DNA of 64,000 bases from Octopus sinensis (Eukaryota): NCBI RefSeq assembly GCF_006345805.1, contig NC_043000.1:21762001-21826000 (forward strand), written 5' to 3'. A program made the translations under genes and the position numbers. Shown piece after piece: positions 50,682-63,379 of the stretch; the first letter of the stretch is position 1; the number at the start of each line of letters is the position of its first letter. The notes below the pieces were generated by a model that was not told the DNA's origin, made no database searches, and was given only the letters and a program-made list of their open reading frames with translations.

Positions 50682-52065
50682 GGAGTTTAACGCAGGTATA
50701 ATTCAAATACTTTTACTTCCAACACATGTTTCAAAGATTTCACTGAGGTTATTCCAAAGGTATTTCCGTGTTAATTGTTAACAAGAGAAAAATACACTCA
50801 TCTATTTATATATATATATATACACACACACATACGATGGGCTTCTTTCAATTACTGTCTACCAAATCCACTCACAAGGCTTTGGTCAGCTCAAGGCTAT
50901 ATTAGAAGACACTTACCCAAGGTGCCACACAGTGGGACTGAATCTGAAACCATGTGGTTTGTAAGCAAGCTACTTACCATACAGCCACCCTGTCTGTTGA
51001 TTTTTATATAACTCAAAAATCAATTGAAGAACATAATGTATTTATAACCACATAGAAAAGTTGTCCAAATTATTGGAAACTGAGCTAAAATAGTTATTTT
51101 GTCTCAAAGGAAACCCGTCCAGATTGATACTTCACTGTGTTTCCATTTTGCTTCCACTAGGCATGCTTAAAGAAAAACCCATATAAAATCTTTTGTCCCC
51201 ACCTTCCTATCTTTCAATAACTACCATTTCAATGTCTGTAAGAAATTTTTTTATCTCCATAAAGTAATTATGCAAGGCATGCTTTCAGAAAAACAGATGT
51301 TTTGGCTTGCCCTCCCTTTCTATCTGTTCTTCTTTCTCAACAATTCTTTGTAATTGATGTCACTAATGTGACAAGCTAAATGGTTGAATAGGTTTGACTT
51401 TTTGACCTGTAAAAATTCTGACCAAAACATATCAATAATCCCATAATTCTTAATTAGTCAGCTCAAATGTTGCTGTGACTTTGGAATATCTATTTCACTC
51501 TGTCATAAGTTTTTAAATTATTATCATTAGCCACCTTCTCTGTATTGAACAAAAAAATTCTGAAATCAGTAATATAATATAGCTAATTCATCTTCTCTTG
51601 ATTTACTAAAATTATCTTTCCATTTTGTTGAAACTAATTTACAATTCACGAACGCAGTAAAATGAGGTATACTGTGACAAAGTGAAATTAAAGTGCTCGT
51701 TTTATTTTTTTTTTTTTTTTTACAACTGAAAGTGGTTTTTTTCTACAAAATGAAACATGAAAGTGACAAAAAATATGAGAGCAGAAATAAGTCAAATCTC
51801 CAAAAAACTCTTCTTTACAATTTTGTCACAGTATTCCTCATTTTACTGTGGGAAATTTCTCAGAAAGAAATCTTTGCAGAAAGGTGAGTAGATTGATTAC
51901 ATATTTCTTCCATTATTTTATCAAAGTAAGGTGGCAAGCTGACAGAAATGTCAGCATGCTGGGTGAAATGCTTAGCTGTATTTCATCTGTCTTTACGTTC
52001 TGAGTTCAATGTTCTTCTAGTGTTGTAAATCTGGGAGAGAATTTAGATGAATTGAAGAGGTGATT

Positions 52066-52453
52066 GGATGGAAGCACTCCGCCAGTTACGACGACGAGGG
52101 TTCCGGTTGATCCGATTAATGGAACAGCCTGCTCATGAAATTAACGTGTAAGTGGCTGAGCACTCCGCAGACACGTGTACCTTTAACGTAGTTCTCGGGG
52201 ATATTCAGCGTGATGCAGAGAGTGACAAGGCCGGCCCTTTGAAATACAGGTACAACAGAAACAGGAAGTAAGAGTGAGAGAAAGTTGTGGTGAAAGAGTA
52301 CAGCAGGGATCACCACCATCCCTGCCGAAGCCTCGTGGAGCTTTAGGTGTTTTCGCTCAATAAACACTCACAACGCCCGGTCTGGGAATCAAAACCGCGA
52401 TCCTACGACCGCGAGTCTGCTGCCCTAACCACTGGGCCATTGCGCCTCCACTC
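52066..52453 (-). mobile_element. SINE family C
   Basis: tRNA-like head TGGAGGCGCAATGGCCCAGTGGTTAGG; 11-bp TSD AAGAGGTGATT (52055-52065, 52454-52464). Confidence 0.9.
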
Positions 52454-53239
52454 AAGAGGTGATTAAAAAGCAGGTGTATAATTAAAGAGAACTATACCCA
52501 AAACTGCTAATCAAGTATTAAAGGTATTTCATCCATGACCATCCCATCTTTTTGACCTTTATGATGTGATTTGAGGTAGATTTAACTGCTATTCCTAATG
52601 GGCTGAGCAATTGTACAGAGGCTCCCTTTCATTGTTGTTGGTATGTGTAGGCCAAATTAGTTTTTTTCATATATATTAAAAAAATATGTAGCTCACAAAT
52701 ATATTTTTTTAATTTGTGAGTAAAAGGAAAATGGTCCGTGTACATGACCTTTGAAGGTCATATAGCCACCTTGATTGATGAAGTGTAAATAAACATAGGC
52801 TAATGTCTGCAGGGAGGGAAATCCGAATGGTTAATTCTTATGAGAAAGGTTTGAGCTGAGACACAAGACTGATAAAAGAAGGAGATCTGGCTGTCATGAG
52901 TGTGTGTATCCAGTTAGTTTTTGGGCCCATTGTAGTAATGGTAGAAGAGCCAGAAGGAAGAAATAATGTAACTCTGCTCAACATATTAGTGAGTTTAGGG
53001 ATGAAAATACTCCAATTATTTGAATGAACTATTTTGGATGCTGTCTAACAATTTCGTTTGTAGCAACACTACTGCCTTATATATAAGTCAGCCTTACTTT
53101 GTGGAGCATTAGCAATTGGTCAGAGCTGAAATAATTTCTGTCTCTGAAGAAGAAGACTTGCTTTTGGGATATGGTTTAATATGTGGGTTTCACCATCAAA
53201 TATAAGAAATTGTGTGATCTTGGTATTTATAGCAGTTTT

Positions 53240-53620
53240 CAGTGTTTTAATTATGTTATTTCATTGATTGAAATGATGAAGTACAAGACTGTTTCCTTTG
53301 ATAATATGTAGTGATTGTTGGCTGTCATTGCAAGAAATCTTTGGAGTTTCTTATTGTGGAGTTTGCTGAGATCTGCCGTGAGGTGTCTAGACTTTGTGTT
53401 GAAGGTTAATGAAGAGTGAAAAATGATATCATCTGCATAGAAGTATGTATATGCTGTTAGAGATGACAGTAAGTAAGTTGTTAGAGCAGAGAAGGCAGAA
53501 TCTGAGAAACATAACCAAACATATGGATACACCAGAATTGACTGTTTGGGCTGGGGAGAATTACATGAGCACCTGCTGCTATGATGTGGTTTTAATATGA
53601 AGTTTTGAATGCAAACCATG
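53240..53620 (-). pseudogene. Old CR1/jockey-group RT remnant
   Basis: YFYADDIIFHSS...ADLSKL. Confidence 0.55.
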
Positions 53621-54059
53621 AGAGTTGGATGGCATCACTGGGAGTTGCTTCTTGTCTTCTCAAGATTGCTATAGATGTAAAAATATTACAATGTGCAATT
53701 AGAATATTAAGAATAATATTTGTTTTAAATATGTTTCACTGCCAAGTAGCATGACTATTCACACACAAACACCATACAATATGCCTTTCACTTTGAGGGA
53801 GAGGCCCTTTGTAACCAACAAAAGTAGAAGTTCTCTGAACTTGCTTATCCCATGCTCTCAGAGCAACTATCTCCACCGCCAGTTTAGTCACCTAGGTAAT
53901 GGAAGCTATCTACTACTTGTAATTATTCCAATGGGCATTTGATGAAGTCTATTTTCCGTATATTCCCAGAGTTTATTGTACCTTCACATCTGCCACTCAC
54001 AAAGACTACTTTCTCTGTCAACCTGTATATAAATATATACATACATACACATATAAACT

Positions 54060-56450
54060 TAGATATGTTTTGACCAAAGATTGGTCCAGGCCATGTCTAA
54101 CTTAATAGCACCACCTGATAGGATTATTCGAATCCTGTTTAAGTCAAGTTTTGTTTATGATCCATTCAAGTAGTGAGTTCTTGTTGGGTGAGTTGTATCC
54201 AATTATGGGTGGCTTATCTGGTATTCTTTGAAGGAATCTATCCAGACTCTGTTTAAAGTTGATGGGATCCTTTTCCTCTTTGATTTCTTTCAGGACAATG
54301 TTAAATAGGGCAGGGCCTGTTGAGGAAAAGAAATTATGTTGCAGTGTACATGTATGCTGTGATCTTGAATTGGGAAGGGGACGTATGGCCCGTGGTCCTA
54401 GTCTTGGATGAACCTTGAAGCTAATGCTCAGGTCGTTTGGGCAAAGTTGGCGGTATATTCTCCACATCGTACAAATGATGTACCGCTCACGGCAACACTA
54501 GAGAGAGTAAAGTTTCAAGGCTTTAAGGCGATCCCTATAATCGAGAGCAGCCATGCCTTCAATTCGTTTAGTGAGTGCCCTCTGGGGTGACTCAATCCTC
54601 GAGATGCTTTGTCTTGTATGGGGAGACCACAGTGGGCAGCAGTATTCGAGGTGTGGCCATACAAAGGAGGAGAAAAGTGGTATGATGACACCTTGTTCTC
54701 TGGACCGGAAAGTTCTTAAGATCCAGGAACTCATCCTACGAGCTATATCGACCTTCTTGTTGATGTGTGCACTCCAACTGAGATCGTCATCAACAATTAC
54801 ACCCAGGTCTCTGATATTGTTAGAGGCTGTGAGCGGTTCCCCTGAAGGAAGAGAGTATGGCTGTTTTAGTGAGGAATTTCTTCCAAAATGCATCAGCTCA
54901 AATTTTCCCTCGTTCAGTTGCATTTTGTTTCTGTCTGCCCATTGACTCACAGCATATAGATCAGACTGGAGTTGAGTTCGGTCTGCTTCTTCATTGACGA
55001 TTTGCTGGAGCTTAGTGTCATCAGCAAATATTTTCACTTTGCAGTAATGTACAACACTGGAAAGGTCGTTTATGTAAATAATGAAGAGTAGCGGACCCAA
55101 GACAGTCCCCTGGGGGACACCGCTGGTGACTTTTGCTGCGCTTGAGTGGACTCCATCAACTGCATGTTGTGTTCTATTCGCCAGGAAATACTTAATCCAG
55201 TGTAGAACTTTTCCACGGATTCCAACATTTGCCAATTTTGAGAGTAGGATATTATGATCTACCCTGTCGAACGCTTTACTGAAGTCAAGATATATGACGT
55301 CAGAGTTCGAACCTGTTCCCAAGGCTTTGAGTACATCTTCAATGTGGTGTAAGAGCTGTGTTAGACAGTCCCTGCCACAGCGAAAGCCATGCTGATTTGT
55401 ATTTAGGAGTTTGTGGGTCTCCAGGAAGTCAGCTATCCTTGATCCTAACACTCTTTCAAACACTTTAATGATGTGGGAGGTGAGTGAGATTGGGCGATAG
55501 TTAAGTGCGAGGGATCTGTTTCCCTGTTTGAAAACCGGGATGACTGACTGGGATAGAAACTGTTTCGGTATATAACCTGCGTCTAATGAATTTCTCCAGA
55601 GGTCGGTCAGAGGGACTGCAAGTTGGTGTCTACATTCCTTCAGGAGATTAGTGGGGAATCTATCAGGGCCTACAGCAGAGTAGTATTTGACTTCATTTAT
55701 TGCTGCTACGATGTCAGTGGCAGTGAAGGTTATGTCTCAGATTTTATGTTGGGAGTCAACTTCGTTCGCTTCTCTTACGTCAATATCAGTGGGAACACTA
55801 AAGACAGAGCAGTATTGTTTCTGCAGTATTTCTGCCATTTCTTTAGCATCGTGTTGGGGAATGCCGTTATCATCAATCAATGGCCCAATGGGTGAGACAG
55901 TGGTTCTATGCTTATTTGCATAAGAATAGAACACTTTTGGGTTCTGTTTGATGTTTTTGATTACCCACTGTTCCTCCACAGCATTTTGATTTTCAATGGA
56001 GGTTTTCATGTCGGTCTGCAGATGAAGTTTTTCCAGCTCTAGCCTTTTCATTGTTGTTGAATGTGGATGTTGTGTGTGGGAATATTTTAATTGGTTGATT
56101 TTTTTGTTGAGTCTTTTGATGCGCCTGGTGAGTGTTTTTTTCTTTTTAGGGAGCCAGTTTCTGTTTGTGTTAGTAGATTTCGTGGGAGCGTGTTTAGAGC
56201 ATGTATAGGTGACAATGTTTTCAAAGTGCTGCCATGCGGTCTCAATATGGGTGGAATTGAGAGTAAAAGACCAGTCGATGAAAGACAGATCCTTTCTGAT
56301 TGCTCCCCAGTCCGCTTTGTGGAAGTTTATGTTGTCAAATGGGTGCCATGGAGTGGGATTGGCTGGTTTGGTTTTTATATGTCGGGAATTAAAATTGCAG
56401 AGTACCATGTCGTGGTCTGAGAGGAGAGTTTTTTCAACTGCAATACTGTA
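54060..56450 (-). mobile_element. 5'-truncated CR1/jockey-group LINE with a near-intact RT (321-aa ORF 54498-55463)
   Basis: QHGFRCGRDCLTQL, YLDFSKAFDRVDH, SGVPQGTVLGPLLF and FADDTKL; endonuclease tail LSDHDMV at the 5' break; few frameshifts. Confidence 0.93.
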
Positions 56451-56486
<36 letters not shown>

Positions 56487-56537
56487 TGTATGTATGTATG
56501 TATGTATGTTGTATGTATGTATGTATGTATGTATGTA

Positions 56538-56570
<33 letters not shown>
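56450..56570. repeat. (TATG)n/(CATA)n microsatellite
   Basis: Direct reading. Confidence 0.95.
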
Positions 56571-56571
<1 letters not shown>

Positions 56572-56640
56572 ATGATAATAATAATGAGCTTAAGACAGTA
56601 AGCAGCAGTGAATTAAGTATAGAAAGACAGCAAGCTTAGT

Positions 56641-56805
56641 CAAAAGTACATTCATACAACAGAATAAAGCACAAAAGTACATTCATACAACAGAATAAAG
56701 CACAAAAGTACATTCATACAACAGAATAAAGCACAAAAGTACATTCATACAACAGAATAAAGCACAAAAGAACATTCATACAACAGAATAAAGCACAAAA
56801 GAACA
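56641..56805. repeat. 31-bp minisatellite, five copies plus a partial
   Basis: Unit CAAAAGTACATTCATACAACAGAATAAAGCA; the last units carry a T>A change. Confidence 0.95.
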
Positions 56806-57519
56806 GTGAAGTAAACAATAAAAGGCACCATAAAGAGGAAAGAGTGTTGGTCATGTCTAACTTAATACTCTGTGTGTGTGGATGTGAGTTTGTGTATGCT
56901 TGCTTTAGAAGTGTGTATGTATTGTATGAATGTAATATCTATATTTGTATGTAAAGAAATAAGGAAAATCAGTTTGATTGTTTTTTTATTTGTTTTTTCT
57001 CTCATTTCCAAGAATCACAATATAACAAGGACTGAATGTATAAATTGCCTGAGAAAGTACTGAAAGTACCGACTTTTGTTAGTAGAGAAAATAATCTTTT
57101 CTTTACCTATTTTTTAATAGGACTGGATTTAAGATGAAAGTTAGAAAAGCAGTGCTCCATTTTTGAAGTAGCAGAGGGAAAGCAGGATAGGCATGTAAAT
57201 ACGCATACAGAGCAATAATTATTCATCTCTTAGAAATTTTTCATATTGTAAGCATCTGGACATTTGTGGTACAAATGAAAAAATTTAATTATTCTTCCTT
57301 TACAAAATAAAAGATGAAAATGAACAACTACAGAGACAGTGTGGTAAATATATATAGAGAGATAGATTGATGATGACAGAGAGTTGGAGAATTGTTGATA
57401 TAAAAGTTGAGTTATTTTAGGGACAACCTTCTCTTTGGGATGCAGATTTTGAAAAATTGAATTCGTTATTCTTGAGGATGCACCATTTCAAAGCTTTCAG
57501 GGTTAAACATACATACACT

Positions 57520-58600
57520 CAAATTTATATAGTACAAGTAGGGGTTCCTCAAGGTTCAGTCCTCAGCCCATTCTTATTCATTATAGTCCTCTAGGCTATA
57601 ACAGAGGAATTCAAAACTGGATGCCCATGGGAACTACTATATGCTGATGACCTTGCTCTTATTGCAGAATTTTTAGAAGAATTGGAGAAGTTCTAGGTAT
57701 GGAAACAAAACCTGGAATCAAAGGGCCTGAAAGTTAACCTAGCAATGACCAAAGTTGTTGTTAGCAAGAAAGAAGGTAAAACTCTCTTTCCATCAGGTAA
57801 ATGGCCCTGCTCAATATGTAGGAAAGGAGTTGGAAGAAATTTCATTCACTGTACCCAGTGTAAGCTTTGAAAACATAAGAGGTACAGTGGAACCACAAGT
57901 AGATTAGCAGATAAAGTCATCTTTGTATGTGGCAGATGTGTAGGAACAGTAAGCACTAAGAGCACACAGGATATAGATTCTCTCAAATGCCCAGGAGGCT
58001 CTCTTGAGATTGTAGATAGTTTCTGTTACCTAGGTCATCAAATTAGCAATGGCAGAGGATGCTCTGAAAGTATTGTTTCTAGAATAAGAATAGTTAGAGG
58101 AAGTTCAGAGAGCTATTACCTCTGTTGGCAACAAAAGGACTCTCTCTCTCTCAGAGTGAAAGGTATACTGTATGATGCTTGTGTGCAAATGGTTATACTC
58201 CAGGGTAGTGAGACATGGGCTCTGAATGCAGAAGACATGTGTAGACTGGAGGGAAATGAAGGTAGTATGCTCTGTTGGATGTGCAACATCAGTGTGCATG
58301 TATGACAAAGTACAAATGTATTGAAAGAAAAGTGGGGCATAAGAGGAATCAAATGTAGCATGCAAGAAAGAAGACTATGTTGGTTTGGACATGTAATGTG
58401 TATGAATGAGGACAGCTGCATAAAGCAGTACTGATCACTGAAAGTGGATGGTACCCATGGAAGAGGGAGACCCAGGAAGACATGGGATGAAAAGGTAAGG
58501 ACTGATCTCAGGATGTTGGGCCTTGCAGAGGAAATGACAATGGACCATGATGTCTGGTAATATGAGGTTCTTGAGAAGACCAGCCCACGTCAGTGAAACT
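57520..58600 (+). pseudogene. 5'-truncated RTE (BovB-like) LINE
   Basis: GVPQGSVLSP, LLYADDLAL, FCYLG and CWFGHV motifs in shifted frames. Confidence 0.85.
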
Positions 58601-58954
58601 GAGTTGTAGAAGCAACATGTAACAAGAAAACCTTTCTCACACCTTACCCCAACACACCAAACTACATCTCTACACCATTTCTCTTCCTCACATTTCCTCT
58701 TTCATGTACTATGCTTACCTCTCACCCCTCAATTCTATCCTCTTGGCCCTGTTTCACAGTATCATTGCAATCCGCTACCCCCACCCCCGTCCTGTGTGTT
58801 CCATCACAAGTAACGAAAATTTCTCACACACACTACTCCAACAAATCAAACTACACCTCTACATCCCTTCTCTTCCACACATTTCCTCCATGCACTACAC
58901 TTACCTTTCGCTCTCCAATCCTGTCCTCAGGGCCCTGTTTTTCTGTATCATTGA

Positions 58955-59467
58955 CTAGCAGTATTGCCCGGCGTTGCTCGGATTTGTAAGGGAAATAACT
59001 ATATAAGCATTTTTAGAGAGTTACTTCCCTTATAGATGCCAATTCGGGCTTTCTTAGCCATTTCTGTTTTGGTGTCTTCAAGCCATGAAGTCGTTGTTCT
59101 AAAAGAACGCTGGTCTCCTTGACAACGCTTTACGACGTTGATTTCCTTACACTCCCTTCCCCACAGCTTCACGAGGGAGGGAAGAAGGGGGAGAAGCAAA
59201 CAGGTGCAGGTATGACCATGGACACCAACTCCGCCGCCATCGACACACGAAAAATTATGCATTAAAATGGAATAAAAAATGATGTTAAATTATTTTTAAA
59301 ATCGTAGACTCATCGTAGACGCGCGCTAATACTCAGACGGGCTCGATATGAATCACGACTATAAGATACCCGAATTTGGTTAAACTGCACCGCAAAATGT
59401 GGGAGTAGTTAGGAATCTAAATCGAAGAGGACAGACACTCACACAACTACAGTTTTATATATATAGA
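58955..59467 (-). mobile_element. Non-autonomous Helitron
   Basis: Minus strand A|TCTATATATATAAAA...CCGAGCAACGCCGGGCAATACTGCTAG|T: TC start, CTAG end, subterminal GC hairpin remnant, A/T insertion site, no TSD. Confidence 0.78.
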
Positions 59468-59781
59468 TATCCGGTAGCCCCACTCACTGCATTCCCCTTC
59501 CTCACTCTCTGCTCAAGCTTCTTTGGCAATATCCTGCCTCTTATATTATGACCTTTGAACCTCAAGGGTGTGCCCTGGCACTTGCCACCATCTATATCTC
59601 TTCTTTTACTCAACCATCCCATTTTTATTCTGATTCCTGTCCCTTGTGAGTATGCCCAGCACTTTGCCACCATCTCTCTCATGTTATCTCCCACTCTCTC
59701 TCTCCTTCTCCTGCATTTCCCTTCGGTTGGCAGCACACCTATTTCTGTCCTCATTCCTGGTCTCTCTCTATCTCCCTCTCA

Positions 59782-59812
<31 letters not shown>

Positions 59813-60589
59813 TCTCTCTCTCTCTCTGCTATCTATCTATCTATCTATCTCCCCGGCCAGGTAACCTTGTACCTCCTCTACAGCAAGACACCTGTTTCTG
59901 TCTCTCTATCTCTATGGTTCCACACAAGCCGGCCAAGCTGAAGCCTGCACCAGTCTTCAGTGACTGCTTTGGCAAGATTTTTACACCTGGATGCCCTTCC
60001 TAACAGCAACCACTCAGCAGAATGGAATTAGTGCTTTTTATGTGGCACAAGCACAGACAAGGTCAGTTTAGGCAAGGTTTTTACAGCAGGATGTCCTTCC
60101 TAACACCAACCACTTTACAGTGTGGACTGGGTGCTTTTAAGTGGCACCTGCACTGACAGGGTCACCAAGTACATAGCACGACAAAAAAAGTATGAAAGAG
60201 AAGACTGAACTAGTATGGTCATATGATGTAGATGCATGAAGATAGTTGTATAAAAAAGTGCCAACAACTAAACTTCCAAGGAATGTTTAGAAAAGGAAGA
60301 GCCAAAAAGAAGTGGGATGAAGTAGGGAAGACTGACATTGAAATGTTGAATCTCTTAGAGAAAATATCAAAAGACTGAGATGAATTGTGATATGTTATGC
60401 TTGAAAAGAACCATCCATCTCTGCAAAAATGGGGTTCCGTCAATCCTTTCCCCACAGCTCATCTTTTAATACCTCCATCACTACAGCACAGCTTACTCAA
60501 AAATTGTAAATGATTCTACTTATATTTACTTCTTACTTGTACTTCCAACAATATCCACCCAGACTGCTCATGGAAAAACCCCATAAAAA

Positions 60590-61240
60590 TCACGGGTACC
60601 CTGACTTTTGGGGCAGGTGCTTTCTTTTTTTTCTTTCCTTTTCTCCAACTACAAGTGTCTGCTCAGGGTAGGTTTGTTCACTCGCACCTTTCTCGCTACT
60701 TTCGTCCACCTTTCAGCAAACTGGCTAGTAGACAACACTTCCCTCTCTACCCTTATTTTCCTTTTCAAGTGAAACTTGAAGAAGTTAATTAGGGATTAGC
60801 CATAGAGAAAAGTGTTTGTCTTCAGCCCCTTCAGTCTCGTCCACCATACAACCTCATTCACCATGGACATCAGGCATATATACACAGCCTTCCCTTCCCG
60901 GTAAAGGAAGACGGCGGGGCCTTCATGATGGATTCAGTTGACAACCAGATCTGTCCTACATGTGACAGCAAGAGTTCGACATAAACCCATCGGTCAGCAA
61001 TTCTTGGGCATTCGACGAGTGCATGCAGGACTGTCTCATCGTCCTGCATGCATCTCGGAAATGCTTGGCTGATGGCACTTCTGTACCAGTAAAGCCTATT
61101 TTGAACAGGCAAGCTCCCTGGTAGCATTGCCAGGCCAGAGATTTTTGGAAATTATCCATTGGTCCTGGACCAAAAGCTACATTGTTATCCTCATTCTATA
61201 AATAGTGGCTTTTAAAGGGTGGGGAGCTGAACCATCCTGG
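60590..61240 (-). pseudogene. Tx1/L1-clade LINE C-terminus with a zinc knuckle
   Basis: FPRCMQDDETVLHALVECP (CCHC-type knuckle remnant); same clade as 1255-2060. Confidence 0.8.
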
Positions 61241-61309
61241 GATACAGAGGATTCACAATCTAGACTAGGGTTTGAAAGTTTACCACACCATGGTTCCTCT
61301 GCTTTGTGA

Positions 61310-61501
61310 CAGAAGTAGGAAAAAAGAGTGAAAGTTGTGGTGAAAGAGTACAGCGGGGTTCACTCCTGCCCCACACCAGAGTCTCGTGGAACTTAGGTGA
61401 TTTTGCTCAATAAACACTCACAATGCCCGGTCTGGGAATCGAAACCGCGTTCTTACGACCGCGAGTCCGCTGCCATAACCACTGGGCCATTGCGCCTCCA
61501 C
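61310..61501 (-). mobile_element. SINE family C, 5' half
   Basis: Head matches 52330-52450. Confidence 0.85.
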
Positions 61502-61827
61502 TGTTGTTGTTGTTGCTGCTGCTGCTGCCGCTGTCATCCTTCGTCTGATAGGCTACAAGGGAAGAGGGCGACGGAAGAGGAGGAAAATCTTCGTCTGACA
61601 GAGCGTTGGTGGGAGATATGACTCTCCCTCTCAATGCTGCGGTGATGGCAGATGGTGACACCATCTTGAATGTATGTTTGTTTCTTTTCTTCAAATTAGA
61701 TGGGCGTTTTATGTAGGTAAAAATAATACTCCTTACGGGGCAAAAAATAACCACAGAACCAAAGGCAAAAGATTCTTGGTATTCTTAACAACGAGTTTAA
61801 GCAAAAACTTAGAACACAAAGCAATAA

Positions 61828-62133
61828 GGAATCTTTTCAGTTTGAGCGGCAGTTTTTTAAAATAATTTCCACGTAACTAAATACTTTTAAACTTCGTATA
61901 CTGGTAGAATGTGTTTATAATACATCTTTTTCTCTTGGCTTTATTAAGAAAATTCTATAGTTTGTAAGATATTTGTTTTTTTTTCTTCAATTTCTGCAAT
62001 TTCAACCAATCAGTGACGTCTATTGAGGTGAAAACATTCTGTGCCGTATGAATATGTCCCTCGTTTAAGAAACAGATTGGGTTTATTTACATTTCTGAAG
62101 AAAAAAGATACCCTTCCCCCACCCCTAACCCTA
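61828..62133. mobile_element. Truncated copy of the GGATC MITE
   Basis: Highly similar to 41549-41860; right end lost. Confidence 0.85.
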
Positions 62134-62134
62134 C

Positions 62135-62310
62135 CATCATCATTGTTCGACCGTGGTCGAGACGATGGAATTTACCATGCTACGCCAGACTTCACGGTCC
62201 ATCATAGCATTACGGAGGTCCTGTTGCTGGATGCCTGTATCCCCAGAGATTACATCAGGGTAGGAGAGTGTGCGCCTTCTGGTATCGCGAGAAGAGTATA
62301 AATTGCCTCG
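62135..62310 (-). mobile_element. RTE 3' end
   Basis: RRTLSYPDVIS.DTGIQQQDLRNAMMDREVWRSMVNSIVSTTVEQ* followed by (GAT)n. Confidence 0.7.
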
Positions 62311-62329
62311 TTTTCACCTCTACAACGAT

Positions 62330-63229
62330 GTCCACCAACTGGACTCTTCTACCTTTCACAAGAGACGATACAGGTGGTAGTTTCCCATATATTTGCATTT
62401 TGTTAAGTAAAAGTGAAACAGGCATAAATGAAACACTCCTGTTAATAGTCGAGCATTTAGCAAGTTTAGAAGAAAAATTGCGTTTGTATTTCCCATCGCA
62501 GAAAACTGAACAATATGGCTGGATCAGAAACCCATTCGTGGGAACTTCCAATGATTTCGAATTAACATTGATAGAAGAGGAACTCGCTGCTATATCTATT
62601 GACCGTGGATTAAGGCGGCGAGCTGGCAGAAACGTTAGCACGCCGGGCGAAATGCTTAGCGGTATTTCATCTGCGTTACGTTGTGAGTTCAAATTCCGCC
62701 GAGGTCGACTTTGCCTTTCATCCTTTCGGGGTCGATAAATTAAGTACCAGTTACGCACTGGGGTCGATGTAATCGACTTAATACCTATGTCTGTCCTTGT
62801 TTGTCCCCTCTGTGTTTAGCCCCTTGTGGGTAATAAAGAAATACGTGGATTAATGATGAAACACTAGGGATTGTCACTTGAAGCTTTCTGAATTTCTGTA
62901 AAAGATGAATATGTTTCGATTTCTAAAAAAACTCTTACAATTTTGCTGCAATTTTCAACTTCATAACTATGTGAATTGGGATTTTCTACTATCAAGTACA
63001 AGAAGCGAGGAACACTTAAATTCATTGATGAAGAAATGCGAGCTTGTCTTTCAAACATATACCCAAACATTGAAGAAATTGCCTAATGTTTCCCATGATC
63101 TCAAGAATGAAGAATCTTAAGGTATGTGTTATTTTCTGTTATTTAGCTTAGAAATTTGTATATAGTGCAGCCACAATTATTTGTAGGGGTTCAAGTGCGC
63201 CATGACCTCAATTGAGTTGAGAACCACTT
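62330..63229 (+). pseudogene. hAT Buster/Charlie-type transposase 3' part and right TIR
   Basis: EHLASLEEKLRLYFP...WIRNPF...DRGL, then SVKDEY...LLQFSTS.LCELGFS...EEMRACLSNI; ends GTTGAGAACCACT. Confidence 0.85.
62614..62843 (+). mobile_element. Young full-length family A SINE
   Basis: 10-bp TSD CGTGGATTAA (62604-62613, 62844-62853); CpGs retained. Confidence 0.95.
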
Positions 63230-63379
63230 CTTTAAAGTAGAGTTGAATATTTCGTGTAGACACCATTTTGTAGGGTGTATTACCCAATTTTCTGGGCTCT
63301 TTCACAGCTATACGCCATTCTAAATTTACACTAGTTTTTGTATGAAAAAAAAAAAAAAAAGGGAGATCCGCTTCTTTGC

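Noticed and set aside
62268-62738. 156-aa ORF as a novel gene
   Set aside because: Chimera of an RTE end, an hAT transposase remnant and an inserted SINE.
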